Assembly (NCBI GenBank): GCA_964016885.1
Contig: OZ024740.1
Location: 429,846,001-429,910,000, forward strand
Source: Eledone cirrhosa
Taxonomy: Eukaryota
Reading direction: 5' to 3'
DNA length: 64,000 nucleotides
Position numbers and translations under genes: made by a program. Below the pieces are notes generated by a model. It was given only the letters and a program-made list of their open reading frames with translations. It ran no database searches and had not been told where the DNA came from. Positions within the stretch are counted from its first letter, which is position 1. Every line of letters starts with the position of its first letter. Below, piece by piece: positions 44,301 through 60,450 of this stretch.

Positions 44301-45943
44301 ATTACTGTTATATTATTCTAAATAACAACCTAATATTACTACCTATATCATTACTGTTATATTATTCTAAACAACAACCTAATATTACTACCTATATCAT
44401 TACTGTTATATTATTCTAAATAACAACCTAATATTACTACCTATATCATTACTGTTATATTATTTTAAATAACAACCTAATATTACTACGTATATCATTA
44501 CTGTTATATTATTCTAAACAACAACCTAATATTACTACCTATATCATTACTGTTATATTATTCTAAATAACAACCTAATATTACTACCTATATCATTACT
44601 GTTATATTATTCTAAATAACAACCTAATATTACTACCTATATCATTACTGTTATATTATTCTAAATAATAACCTAATATTACTACCTATATCATTACTGT
44701 TATATTATTCTAAATAACAACCTAATATTACTACCTATATCATTACTGTTATATTATTCTAAACAACAACCTAATATTACTACCTATATCATTACTGTTA
44801 TATTATTCTAAATAACAACCTAATATTACTACCTATATCATTACTGTTATATTATTCTAAACAACAACCTAATATTACTACCTATATCATTACTGTTATA
44901 TTATTCTAAATAACAACCTAATATTACTACCTATATCATTACTGTTATATTATTTTAAATAACAACCTAATATTACTACCTATATCATTACTTTTATATT
45001 ATTCTAAATAACAACCTAATATTACTACCTATATCATTACTGTTATATTATTCTAAATAATAACCTAATATTACTACCTATATCATTACTGTTATATTAT
45101 TCTAAATAACAACCTAATATTACTACCTATATCATTACTGTTATATTATTCTAAATAACAACCTAATATTACTACCTATATCATTACTGTTATATTATTC
45201 TAAACAACAACCTAATATTACTACCTATATCATTACTGTTATATTATTCTAAATAACAACCTAATATTACTACCTATATCATTACTGTTATATTATTTTA
45301 AATAACAACCTAATATTACTACCTATATCATTACTGTTATATTATTCTAAATAACAACCTAATATTACTACCTATATCATTACTGTTATATTATTCTAAA
45401 TAATAACCTAATATTACTACCTATATCATTACTGTTATATTATTCTAAATAACAACCTAATATTACTACCTATATCATTACTGTTATATTATTCTAAATA
45501 ACAACCTAATATTACTACCTATATCATTACTGTTATATTATTTTAAATAACAACCTAATATTACTACCTATATCATTACTGTTATATTATTATAAATAAC
45601 AACCTAATATTACTACCTATATCATTACTGTTATATTATTCTAAATAACAACCTAATATTACTACCTATATCATTACTGTTATATTATTCTAAATAACAA
45701 CCTAATATTACTACCTATATCATTACTGTTATATTATTCTAAATAACAACCTAATATTACTACCTATATCATTACTGTTATATTATTCTAAATAACAACC
45801 TAATATTACTACCTATATCATTACTGTTATATTATTCTAAATAACAACCTAATATTACTACCTATATCATTACTGTTATATTATTCTAAATAACAACCTA
45901 ATATTACTACCTATATCATTACTGTTATATTATTTTAAATAAC

Positions 45944-46129
45944 TGTTTCTACTTTAGGCACAAGGCCAGCAATTACCCAGTGCATTACAGGTACTTTATT
46001 TTATCTACCCCGTAAGGATGAAAGGCAAAGTCAACCTCGGCAGGATTTGAACTCAGATCGTAAAGGGACGTAACTATGCTGGAAAGCATGGCGTCCGACC
46101 CTCTACCGATACTGCCAATCCACCGCCCT
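45944..46129 (-). mobile_element. tRNA-derived SINE, copy 3 (186 bp)
   Basis: Same sequence and same insertion phase as copies 1 and 2. TSD at 45925-45943 and 46130-46148. Confidence 0.88.
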
Positions 46130-46214
46130 TTATATTATTTTAAATAACAACCTAATATTACTACCTATATCATTACTGTTATATTATTCTAAATAACAAC
46201 CTAATATTACTACC

Positions 46215-46258
46215 TAATATAACAGTAATGATATAGGTAGTAATATTAGGTTGTTATT
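46215..46258 (+). other. 44-bp micro-inversion, third copy
   Basis: Identical to 20363-20406 and at the same distance from the SINE. Confidence 0.93.
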
Positions 46259-49200
46259 ACTGTTATATTATTCTAAATAACAACCTAATATTACAACCTA
46301 TATCATTACTGTTATATTATTCTAAATAACAACCTAATATTACAACCTATATCATTACTGTTATATTATTCTAAATAACAACCTAATATTACAACCTATA
46401 TCATTACTGTTATATTATTCTAAATAACAACCTAATATTACTACCTATATCATTACTGTTATATTATTCAAAATAACAACCAAATATTACTACCTATATC
46501 ATTACTGTTATATTATTCTAAATAACAACCTAATATTACTACCTATATTATTACTGTTATATTATTCTAAATAACAACCTAATATTACTACCTATATCAT
46601 TACTGTTATATTATTCTAAATAACAACCTAATATTACTACCTATATCATTACTGTTATATTATTCTAAATAACAACCTAATATTACTACCTATATCATTA
46701 CTGTTATATTATTTTAAATAACAACCTAATATTACTACCTATATCATTACTGTTATATTATTCTAAATAACAACCTAATATTACTACCTATATCATTACT
46801 GTTATATTATTCTAAAGAACAACCTAATATTACAACCTATATCATTACTGTTATATTATTCTAAATAACAACCTAATATTACAACCTATATCATTATTGT
46901 TATATTATTCTAAATAACAACATAATATTACAACCTATATCATTACTGTTATATTATTCTAAATAACAACCTAATATTACTACCTATATCATTACTGTTA
47001 TATTATTTTAAATAACCTAATATTACTACCTATATCATTACTGTTATATTATTCGAAATAACAACCTAATATTACTACCTATATCATTACTGTTATATTA
47101 TTTTAAATAACAACCTAAAATTACTACCTATATCATTACTGTTATATTATTCTAAATAACAACCTAATATTACTACCTATATTATTACTGTTATATTATT
47201 CTAAATAACAACCTAATATTACTACCTATATCATTACTGTTATATTATTTTAAATAACAACCTAATATTACTACCTATATCATTACTGTTATATTATTCT
47301 AAATAACAACCTAATATTACTACCTATATCATTACTGTTATATTATTCTAAATAACAACCTAATATTACTACCTATATAATTACTGTTATATTATTTTAA
47401 ATAACAACCTAATATTACTACCTATATCATTACTGTTATATTATTCTAAATAACAACCTAATATTACAACCTATATCATTACTGTTATATTATTCTAAAT
47501 AACAACCTAATATTACAACCTATATCATTACTGTTATATTATTCTAAATAACAACCTAATATTACAACCTATATCATTACTGTTATATTATTCTAAATAA
47601 CAACCTAATATTACTACCTATATCATTACTGTTATATTATTCAAAATAACAACCAAATATTACTATCTATATCATTACTGTTATATTATTCTAAATAACA
47701 ACCTAATATTACTACCTATATTATTACTGTTATATTATTCTAAATAACAACCTAATATTACTACCTATATCATTACTGTTATATTATTTTAAATAACAAC
47801 CTAATATTACTACCTATATCATTACTGTTATATTATTCTAAATAACAACCTAATATTACTACCTATATCATTACTGTTATATTATTCTAAATAACAACCT
47901 AATATTACTACCTATATCATTACTGTTATATTATTCTACATAACAACCTAATATTACTACCTATATCATTACTGTTATTTTATTCTAAATAATAACCTAA
48001 TATTACTACCTATATCATTACTGTTATATTATTCTAAATAACAACCTAATATTACTACCTATATCATTACTGTTATATTATTCTAAACAACAACCTAATA
48101 TTACTACCTATATCATTACTGTTATATTATTCTAAATAACAACCTAATATTACTACCTATATCATTACTGTTATATTATTCTAAACAACAACCTAATATT
48201 ACTACCTATATCATTACTGTTATATTATTCTAAATAACAACCTAATATTACTACCTATATCATTACTGTTATATTATTTTAAATAACAACCTAATATTTC
48301 TACCTATATCATTACTGTTATATTATTCTAAATAACAACCTAATATTACTACCTATATCATTACTGTTATATTATTTTAAATAACAACCTAATATTACTA
48401 CCTATATCATTACTGTTATATTATTTTAAATAACAACCTAATATTACTACCTATATCATTACTGTTATATTATTCTAAATAACAACCTAATATTACTACC
48501 TATATCATTACTGTTATATTATTCTAAATAACAACCTAATATTACTACCTATATCATTACTGTTATATTATTCTAAATAATAACCTAATATTACTACCTA
48601 TATCATTACTGTTATATTATCTTAAATAACAACCTAATATTACAACCTATATCATTACTGTCATATTATTCTAAATAACAATTTAATATTACTACCTATA
48701 TTATTACTGTTATATTATTCTAAATAACAACCTAATATTACTACCTATATCATTACTGTTATATTATTCTAAATAACAACCTAATATTACTACCTATATC
48801 ATTACTGTTATATTATTCTAAATAACAACCTAATATTACAACCTATATCATTACTGTTATATTATTCTGAATAACAACCTAATATTACAACCTATATCAT
48901 TACTGTTATATTATTCTAAATAACAACATAATATTACAACCTATATCATTACTGTTATATTATTCTAAATAACAACCTAATATTACTACCTATATCATTA
49001 CTGTTATATTATTCTAAATAACAACCTAATATTACTAACTATATCATTACTGTTATATTATTCTAAATAACAACCTAATATTACTACCTATATCATTACT
49101 GTTATATTATTCTAAATAACAACCTAATATTACAACCTATATCATTACTGTTATATTATTCTAAATAACAACCTAATATTACAACCTATATCATTACTGT

Positions 49201-52200
49201 TATATTATTCTAAATAACAACCTAATATTACTACCTATATCATTACTGTTATATTATTCAAAATAACAACCAAATATTACTACCTATATCATTACTGTTA
49301 TATTATTCTAAATAACAACCTAATATTACTACCTATATTATTACTGTTATATTATTCTAAATAACAACCTAATATTACTACCTATATCATTACTGTTATA
49401 TTATTTTAAATAACAACCTAATATTACTACCTATATCATTACTGTTATATTATTCTAAATAACAACCTAATATTACTACCTATATCATTACTGTTATATT
49501 ATTCTAAATAACAACCTAATATTACTACCTATATCATTACTGTTATATTATTCTAAATAACAACCTAATATTACTACCTATATCATTACTGTTATTTTAT
49601 TCTAAATAATAACCTAATATTACTACCTATATCATTACTGTTATATTATTCTAAATAACAAGCTAATATTACTACCTATATCATTACTGTTATATTATTC
49701 TAAACAACAACCTAATATTACTACCTATATCATTACTGTTATATTATTTTAAATAACAACCTAATATTACTACCTATATCATTACTGTTATATTATTCTA
49801 AATAACAACCTAATATTACTACCTATATCATTACTGTTATATTATTCTAAATAACAACCTAATATTACTGCCTATATCATTACTGTTATATTATTCTAAA
49901 TAACAACCTAATATTACTACCTATATCATTACTGTTATATTATTCTAAATAACAACCTAATATTACTACCTATATCATTACTGTTATATTATTCTAAATA
50001 ACAACCTAATATTACAACCTATATCATTACTGTTATATTATTCTAAATAACAACCTAATATTACTACCTATATCATTACTGTTATATTATTTTAAATAAC
50101 AACCTAATATTACTACCTATATCATTACTGTTATATTATTCTAAATAACAACCTAATATTACTACCTATATCATTACTGTTATATTATTCTAAATAATAA
50201 CCTAATATTACTACCTATATCATTACTGTTATATTATTCTACATAACAACCTAATATTACTACCTATATCATTACTGTTATATTATTCTAAATAACAACC
50301 TAATATTACTACCTATATCATTACTGTTATATTATTCTAAATAACAACCTAATATTACTACCTATATCATTACTGTTATATTATTTTAAATAACAACCTA
50401 ATATTACTACCTATATCATTACTGTTATATTATTCTAAATAACAACCTAATATTACTAACTATATCATTACTGTTATATTATTCTAAATAACAACCTAAT
50501 ATTACTACCTATATCATTACTGTTATATTATTTTAAATAACAACCTAATATTACTACCTATATCATTACTGTTATATTATTCTAAATAACAACCTAATAT
50601 TACTACCTATATCATTACTGTTATATTATTCTAAATAACAACCTAATATTACTACCTATATCATTACTGTTATATTATTCTAAATAATAACCTAATATTA
50701 CTACCTATATAATTACTGTTATATTATTTTAAATAACAACCTAATATTACAACCTATATCATTACTGTCATATTATTCTAAATAACAATTTAATATTACT
50801 ACCTATATTATTACTGTTATATTATTCTAAATAACAACCTAATATTACTACCTATATCATTACTGTTATATTATTCTAAATAACAACCTAATATTACTAC
50901 CTATATCATTACTGTTATATTATTCTAAATAACAACCTAATATTACAACCTATATCATTACTGTTATATTATTCTGAATAACAACCTAATATTACAACCT
51001 ATATCATTACTGTTATATTATTCTAAATAACAACATAATATTACAACCTATATCATTACTGTTATATTATTCTAAATAACAACCTAATATTACTACCTAT
51101 ATCATTACTGTTATATTATTCTAAATAACAACCTAATATTACTACCTATATCATTACTGTTATATTATTCTAAATAACAACCTAATATTACTATCTATAT
51201 CATTACTGTTATATTATTCTAAATAACAACCTAATATTACTACCTATATCATTACTGTTATATTATTTTAAATAACAACCTAATATTACTACCTATATCA
51301 TTACTGTCATATTATTCTAAATAACAACCTAATATTACTACCTATATCATTACTGTTATATTATTCTAAATAACAACCTAATATTACTACCTATATCATT
51401 ACTGTTATATTATTCTAAATAACAACCTAATATTACTACCTATATCATTACTGTTATATTATTTTAAATAACAACCTAATATTACTACCTATATCATTAC
51501 TGTTATATTATTCTAAATAACAACCTAATATTACTACCTATATCATTACTGTTATATTATTCTAAATAACAACCTAATATTACAACCTATATCATTACTG
51601 TTATATTATTCTAAATAATAACCTAATATTACTTCCTATATCATTACTGTTATATTATTCTAAATAACAACCTAATATTACTACCTATATCATTACTGTT
51701 ATATTATTCTAAATAACAACCTAATATTACTTCCTATATCATTACTGTTATATTATTCTAAATAACAACCTAATATTACTACCTATATCATTACTGTTAT
51801 ATTATTTTAAATAACAACCTAATATTACTACCTATATCATTACTGTTATATTATTCTAAATAACAACCTAATATTACTACCTATATCATTACTGTTATAT
51901 TATTCTAAATAACAACCTAATATTACAACCTATATCATTACTGTTATATTATTCTAAATAACAACCTAATATTACTTCCTATATCATTACTGTTATATTA
52001 TTCTAAATAACAACCTAATATTACTACCTATATCATTACTGTTATATTATTCTAAATAACAACCTAATATTACTACCTATATCATTACTGTTATATTATT
52101 CTAAATAACAACCTAATATTACAACCTATATCATTACTGTTATATTATTCTAAATAACAACCTAATATTACTTCCTATATCATTACTGTTATATTATTCT

Positions 52201-52299
52201 AAAAAACAACCTAATATTACTACCTATATCATTACTGTTATATTATTCTAAATAACAACCTAATATTACTACCTATATCATTACTGTTATATTATTCTA

Positions 52300-55200
52300 A
52301 ATAACAACCTAATATTACAACCTATATCATTACTGTTATATTATTCTAAATAACAACCTAATATTACTTCCTATATCATTACTGTTATATTATTCTAAAT
52401 AACAACCTAATATTACTTCCTATATCATTACTGTTATATTATTCTAAATAACAACCTAATATTACTACCTATATCATTACTGTTATATTATTTTATATAA
52501 CAACCTAATATTACTACCTATATCATTACTGTTATATTATTCTAAATAACAACCTAATATATGTACCTATATCATTACTGTTATATTATTCTAAATAACA
52601 ACCTAATATTACAACCTATATCATTACTGTTATATTATTCTAAATAACAACCTAATATTACTTCCTATATCATTACTGTTATATTATTCTAAATAACAAC
52701 CTAATATTACTACCTATATCATTACTGTTATATTATTTTAAATAACAACCTAATATTACTACCTATATCATTACTGTTATATTATTCTAAATAACAACCT
52801 AATATTACTTCCTATATCATTACTGTTATATTATTCTAAATAACAACCTAATATTACTTCCTATATCATTACTGTTATATTATTATAAATAACAACCTAA
52901 TATTACTACCTATATCATTACTGTTATATTATTTTAAATAACAACCTAATATTACTACCTATATCATTACTGTTATATTATTCTAAATAACAACCTAATA
53001 TTACTACCTATATCATTACTGTTATATTATTTTAAATAACAACCTAATATTACTACCTATATCATTACTGTTATATTATTATAAATAACAACCTAATATT
53101 ACTACCTATATCATTACTTTTATATTATTCTAAATAACAACCTAATATTTCTACCTATATCATTACTGTTATATTATTCTAAATAACAACCTAATATTAC
53201 TACCTATATCATTACTGTTATATTATTTTAAATAACAACCTAATATTACTACCTATATCATTACTGTTATATTATTCTAAATAACAACCTAATATTACTA
53301 CCTATATCATTACTGTTATATTATTCTAAATAACAACCTAATATTACTACCTATATCATTACTGTTATATTATTTTAAATAACAACCTAATATTACTACC
53401 TATATCATTACTGTTATATTATTCTAAATAACAACCTAATATTACTACCTATATCATTACTGTTATATTATTCTAAATAACAACCTAATATTACTACCTA
53501 TATCATTACTGTTATATTATTCTAAATAATAACCTAATATTACTACCTATATCATTACTGTTATATTATTTTAAATAACAACCTAATATTACTACCTATA
53601 TCATTACTGTTATATTATTCTAAATAACAACCTAATATTACTACCTATATCATTACTGTTATATTATTCTAAATAACAACCTAATATTACTACCTATATC
53701 ATTACTGTTATATTATTTTAAATAACAATCTAATATTACTACCTATATCATTACTGTTATATTATTCTAAATAACAACCTAATATTACTACCTATATCAT
53801 TACAGTTATATTATTCTAAATAACAACCTAATATTACAAGCTATATCATTACTGTTATATTATTCTAAATAACAACCTAATATTACAACCTATATCATTA
53901 CTGTTATATTATTCTAAATAACAACCTAATATTACTACCTATATCATTACTGTTATATTATTTTAAATAACCTAATATTACTACCTATATCATTACTGTT
54001 ATATTATTCGAAATAACAACCTAATATTACTATCTATATCATTACTGTTATATTATTTTAAATAACAGCCTAAAATTACTACCTATATCATTACTGTTAT
54101 ATTATTCTAAATAACAACCTAATATTACTACCTATATTATTACTGTTATATTATTCTAAATAACAACCTAATATTACTACCTATATCATTACTGTTATAT
54201 TATTTTAAATAACAACCTAATATTACTACCTATATCATTACTGTTATATCATTCTAAATAACAACCTAATATTACTACCTATATCATTACTGTTATATTA
54301 TTCTAAATAACAACCTAATATTACTACCTATATCATTACTGTTATATTATTCTAAATAACAACCTAATATTACTACCTATATCATTACTGTTATATTATT
54401 CTAAATAACAACCTAATATTACTACCTATATAATTACTGTTATATAATTTTAAATAACAACCTAATATTACTACCTATATCATTACTGTTATATTATTCT
54501 AAATAACAACCTAATATTACAACCTATATCATTACTGTTATATTATTCTAAATAACAACCTAATATTACAACCTATATCATTACTGTTATATTATTCTAA
54601 ATAACAACCTAATATTACAACCTATATCATTACTGTTATATTATTCTAAATAACAACCTAATATTACTACCTATATCATTACTGTTATATTATTCAAAAT
54701 AACAACATTATATTACTACCTATATCATTACTGTTATATTATTCTAAATATCAACCTAATATTACTACCTATATCATTACTGTTATATTATTCTAAATAA
54801 CAACCTAATATTACTACCTATATCATTACTGTTATATTATTGTAAATAATAACCTAATATTACTACCTATATCATTACTGTTATATTATTCTAAATAACA
54901 ACCTAATATTACAACCTATATCATTACTGTTATATTATTCTAAATAACAACCTAATATTACTACATATATCATTACTGTTATATTATTCTAAATAACAAT
55001 CTAATATTTCTACCTATATCATTACTGTTATATTATTCTGAATAACAACCTAATATTACAACCTATGTCATTACTGTTATATTATTCTAAATAACAACCT
55101 AATATTACTACCTATATCATTACTGTTATATTATTTTAAATAACAACCTAATATTACTACCTATATCATTACTGTTATATTATTCTAAATAACAACCTAA

Positions 55201-58200
55201 TATTACTACCTATATCATTACTGTTATATTATTCTAAATAATAATCTAATATTACTACCTATATCATTACTGTTATATTATTCTAAATAACAACCTAATA
55301 TTACTACCTATATCATTACTGTTATATTATTCTAAATAACACCCTAATATTACTACCTATATCATTACTGTTATATTATTCTAAATAACAACCTAATATT
55401 ACTACCTATATCATTACTGTTATATTATTTTAAATAACAACCTAATATTACTACCTCTATCATTACTGTTATATTATTCTAAATAACAACCTAATATTAC
55501 TAACTATATCATTACTGTTATATTATTCTAAATAACAACCTAATATTACTACCTATATCATTACTGTTATATTATTTTAAATAACAACCTAATATTACTA
55601 CCTATATCATTACTGTTATATTATTCTAAATAACAACCTAATATTACTACCTATATCATTACTGTTATATTATTCTAAATAACAACCTAATATTACTACC
55701 TATATCATTACTGTTATATTATTCTAAATAATAACCTAATATTACTACCTATATCATTACTGTTATATTATCTTAAATAACAACCTAATATTACAACCTA
55801 TATCATTACTGTCATATTATTCTAAATAACAATTTAATATTACTACCTATATTATTACTCTTATATTATTCTAAATAACAACCTAATATTACTACCTATA
55901 TCATTACTGTTATATTATTCTAAATAACAACCTAATATTACTATCTATATCATTACTGTTATATTATTCTAAATAACAACCTAATATTACAACCTATATC
56001 ATTACTGTTATATTATTCTGAATAACAACCTAATATTACAACCTATATCATTACTGTTATATTATTCTAAATAACAACATAATATTACAACCTATATCAT
56101 TACTGTTATATTATTCTAAATAACAACCTAATATTACTACCTATATCATTACTGTTATATTATTCTAAATAACAACCTAATATTACTAACTATATCATTA
56201 CTGTTATATTATTCTAAATAACAACCTAATATTACTACCTATATCATTACTGTTATATTATTCTAAATAACAACCTAATATTACAACCTATATCATTACT
56301 GTTATATTATTCTAAATAACAACCTAATATTACAACCTATATCATTACTGTTATATTATTCTAAATAACAACCTAATATTACTACCTATATCATTACTGT
56401 TATATTATTCAAAATAACAACCAAATATTACTACCTATATCATTACTGTTATATTATTCTAAATAACAACCTAATATTACTACCTATATTATTACTGTTA
56501 TATTATTCTAAATAACAACCTAATATTACTACCTATATCATTACTGTTATATTATTTTAAATAACAACCTAATATTACTACCTATATCATTACTGTTATA
56601 TTATTCTAAATAACAACCTAATATTACTACCTATATCATTACTGTTATATTATTCTAAATAACAACCTAATATTACTACCTATATCATTACTGTTATATT
56701 ATTCTAAATAACAACCTAATATTACTACCTATATCATTACTGTTATTTTATTCTAAATAATAACCTAATATTACTACCTATATCATTACTGTTATATTAT
56801 TCTAAATAACAACCTAATATTACTACCTATATCATTACTGTTATATTATTCTAAACAACAACCTAATATTACTACCTATATCATTACTGTTATATTATTC
56901 TAAATAACAACCTAATATTACTACCTATATCATTACTGTTATATTATTCTAAACAACAACCTAATATTACTACCTATATCATTACTGTTATATTATTCTA
57001 AATAACAACCTAATATTACTACCTATATCATTACTGTTATATTATTTTAAATAACAACCTAATATTTCTACCTATATCATTACTGTTATATTATTCTAAA
57101 TAACAACCTAATATTACTACCTATATCATTACTGTTATATTATTTTAAATAACAACCTAATATTACTACCTATATCATTACTGTTATATTATTCTAAATA
57201 ACAACCTAATATTACAACCTATATCATTACTGTCATATTATTCTAAATAACAATTTAATATTACTACCTATATTATTACTGTTATATTATTCTAAATAAC
57301 AACCTAATATTACTACCTATATCATTACTGTTATATTATTCTAAATAACAACCTAATATTACTACCTATATCATTACTGTTATATTATTCTAAATAACAA
57401 CCTAATATTACAACCTATATCATTACTGTTATATTATTCTGAATAACAACCTAATATTACAACCTATATCATTACTGTTATATTATTCTAAATAACAACA
57501 TAATATTACAACCTATATCATTACTGTTATATTATTCTAAATAACAACCTAATATTACTACCTATATCATTACTGTTATATTATTCTAAATAACAACCTA
57601 ATATTACTACCTATATCATTACTGTTATATTATTCTAAATAACAACCTAATATTACAAGCTATATCATTACTGTTATATTATTCTAAATAACAACCTAAT
57701 ATTACAACCTATATCATTACTGTTATATTATTCTAAATAACAACCTAATATTACTACCTATATCATTACTGTTATATTATTTTAAATAACCTAATATTAC
57801 TACCTATATCATTACTGTTATATTATTCTAAATAACAACCTAATATTACTACCTTTATCATTACTGTTATATTATTCTAAATAACAACCTAATATTACAA
57901 CCTATATCATTACTGTTATATTATTCTAAATAACAACCTAATATTACTTCCTATATCATTACTGTTCTATTATTCTAAATAACAACCTAATATTACTTCC
58001 TATATCATTACTGTTATATTATTCTAAATAACAACCTAATATTACTACCTATATCATTACTGTTATATTATTTTATATAACAACCTAATATTACTACCTA
58101 TATCATTACTGTTATATTATTCTAAATAACAACCTAATATTACTACCTATATCATTACTGTTATATTATTCTAAATAACAACCTAATATTACAACCTATA

Positions 58201-60450
58201 TCATTACTGTTATATTATTCTAAATAACAACCTAATATTACTTCCTATATCATTACTGTTATATTATTCTAAATAACAACCTAATATTACTACCTATATC
58301 ATTACTGTTATATTATTTTAAATAACAACCTAATATTACTACCTATATCATTACTGTTATATTATTCTAAATAACAACCTAATATTACTTCCTATATCAT
58401 TACTGTTATATTATTCTAAATAACAACCTAATATTACTTCCTATATCATTACTGTTATATTATTCTAAATAACAACCTAATATTACTACCTATATCATTA
58501 CTGTTATATTATTTTAAATAACAACCTAATATTACTACCTATATCATTACTGTTATATTATTCTAAATAACAACCTAATATTACTACCTATATCATTACT
58601 GTTATATTATTTTAAATAACAACCTAATATTACTACCTATATCATTACTGTTATATTATTATAAATAACAACCTAATATTACTACCTATATCATTACTTT
58701 TATATTATTCTAAATAACAACCTAATATTTCTACCTATATCATTACTGTTATATTATTCTAAATAACAACCTAATATTACTACCTATATAATTACTGTTA
58801 TATTATTTTAAATAACAACCTAATATTACTACCTATATCATTACTGTTATATTATTCTAAATAACAACCTAATATTACTACCTATATCATTACTGTTATA
58901 TTATTCTAAATAACAACCTAATATTACTACCTATATCATTACTGTTATATTATTTTAAATAACAACCTAATATTACTACCTATATCATTACTGTTATATT
59001 ATTCTAAATAACAACCTAATATTACTACCTATATCATTACTGTTATATTATTCTAAATAACAACCTAATATTACTACCTATATCATTACTGTTATATTAT
59101 TCTAAATAATAACCTAATATTACTACCTATATCATTACTGTTATATTATTTTAAATAACAACCTAATATTACCTCCTATATCATTACTGTTATATTATTC
59201 TAAATAACAACCTAATATTACTACCTATATCATTACTGTTATATTATTCTAAATAACAACCTAATATTACTACCTATATCATTACTGTTATATTATTTTA
59301 AATAACAATCTAATATTACTACCTATATCATTACTGTTATATTATTCTAAATAACAACCTAATATAACTACCTATATCATTACAGTTATATTATTCTAAA
59401 TAACAACCTAATATTACAAGCTATATCATTACTGTTATATTATTCTAAATAACAACCTAATATTACAACCTATATCATTACTGTTATATTATTCTAAATA
59501 ACAACCTAATATTACTACCTATATCATTACTGTTATATTATTTTAAATAACCTAATATTACTACCTATATCATTACTGTTATATTATTCGAAATAACAAC
59601 CTAATATTACTATCTATATCATTACTGTTATATTATTTTAAATAACAACCTAAAATTACTACCTATATCATTACTGTTATATTATTCTAAATAACAACCT
59701 AATATTACTACCTATATTATTACTGTTATATTATTCTAAATAACAACCTAATATTACTACCTATATCATTACTGTTATATTATTTTAAATAACAACCTAA
59801 TATTACTACCTATATCATTACTGTTATATTATTCTAAATAACAACCTAATATTACTACCTATATCATTACTGTTATATTATTCTAAATAACAACCTAATA
59901 TTACTACCTATATCATTACTGTTATATTATTCTAAATAACAACCTAATATTACTACCTATATCATTACTGTTATATTATTCTAAATAACAACCTAATATT
60001 ACTACCTATATAATTACTGTTATATAATTTTAAATAACAACCTAATATTACTACCTATATCATTACTGTTATATTATTCTAAATAACAACCTAATATTAC
60101 AACCTATATCATTACTGTTATATTATTCTAAATAACAACCTAATATTACAACCTATATCATTACTGTTATATTATTCTAAATAACAACCTAATATTACAA
60201 CCTATATCATTACTGTTATATTATTCTAAATAACAACCTAATATTACTACCTATATCATTACTGTTATATTATTCAAAATAACAACATTATATTACTACC
60301 TATATCATTACTGTTATATTATTCTAAATATCAACCTAATATTACTACCTATATCATTACTGTTATATTATTCTAAATAACAACCTAATATTACTACCTA
60401 TATCATTACTGTTATATTATTCTAAATAATAACCTAATATTACTACCTAT
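52300..60450. repeat. ~2.5-kb block duplicated at offset 5,580 bp (114 monomers): ~52300-54850 and ~57880-60430
   Basis: TTTTATATAA 52491/58071, ATATTACAAG 53831/59411, TCAACC 54751/60331. 5580 = 114x49-6. Confidence 0.85.

Larger units (their letters stand above)
42710..47975. repeat. ~5.2-kb direct duplicate of ~16860-22070, carrying the SINE and micro-inversion
   Basis: Same ordered variants (TAAAAACC, ACTATT, AAACT, AAGAACC, CTACGT, SINE, inversion, AAAGAAC, CTACAT) at offset ~25850-25900. Differs by one extra monomer near 46600-46700 and lacks the TGTCAT variant at ~17130. Confidence 0.9.

Noticed and set aside
13273-46129. Three independent site-specific insertions of a satellite-targeting element
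   Set aside because: All three share the same TSD allele, adjacent micro-inversion and kilobases of flanking variants, so they are copies of one insertion.
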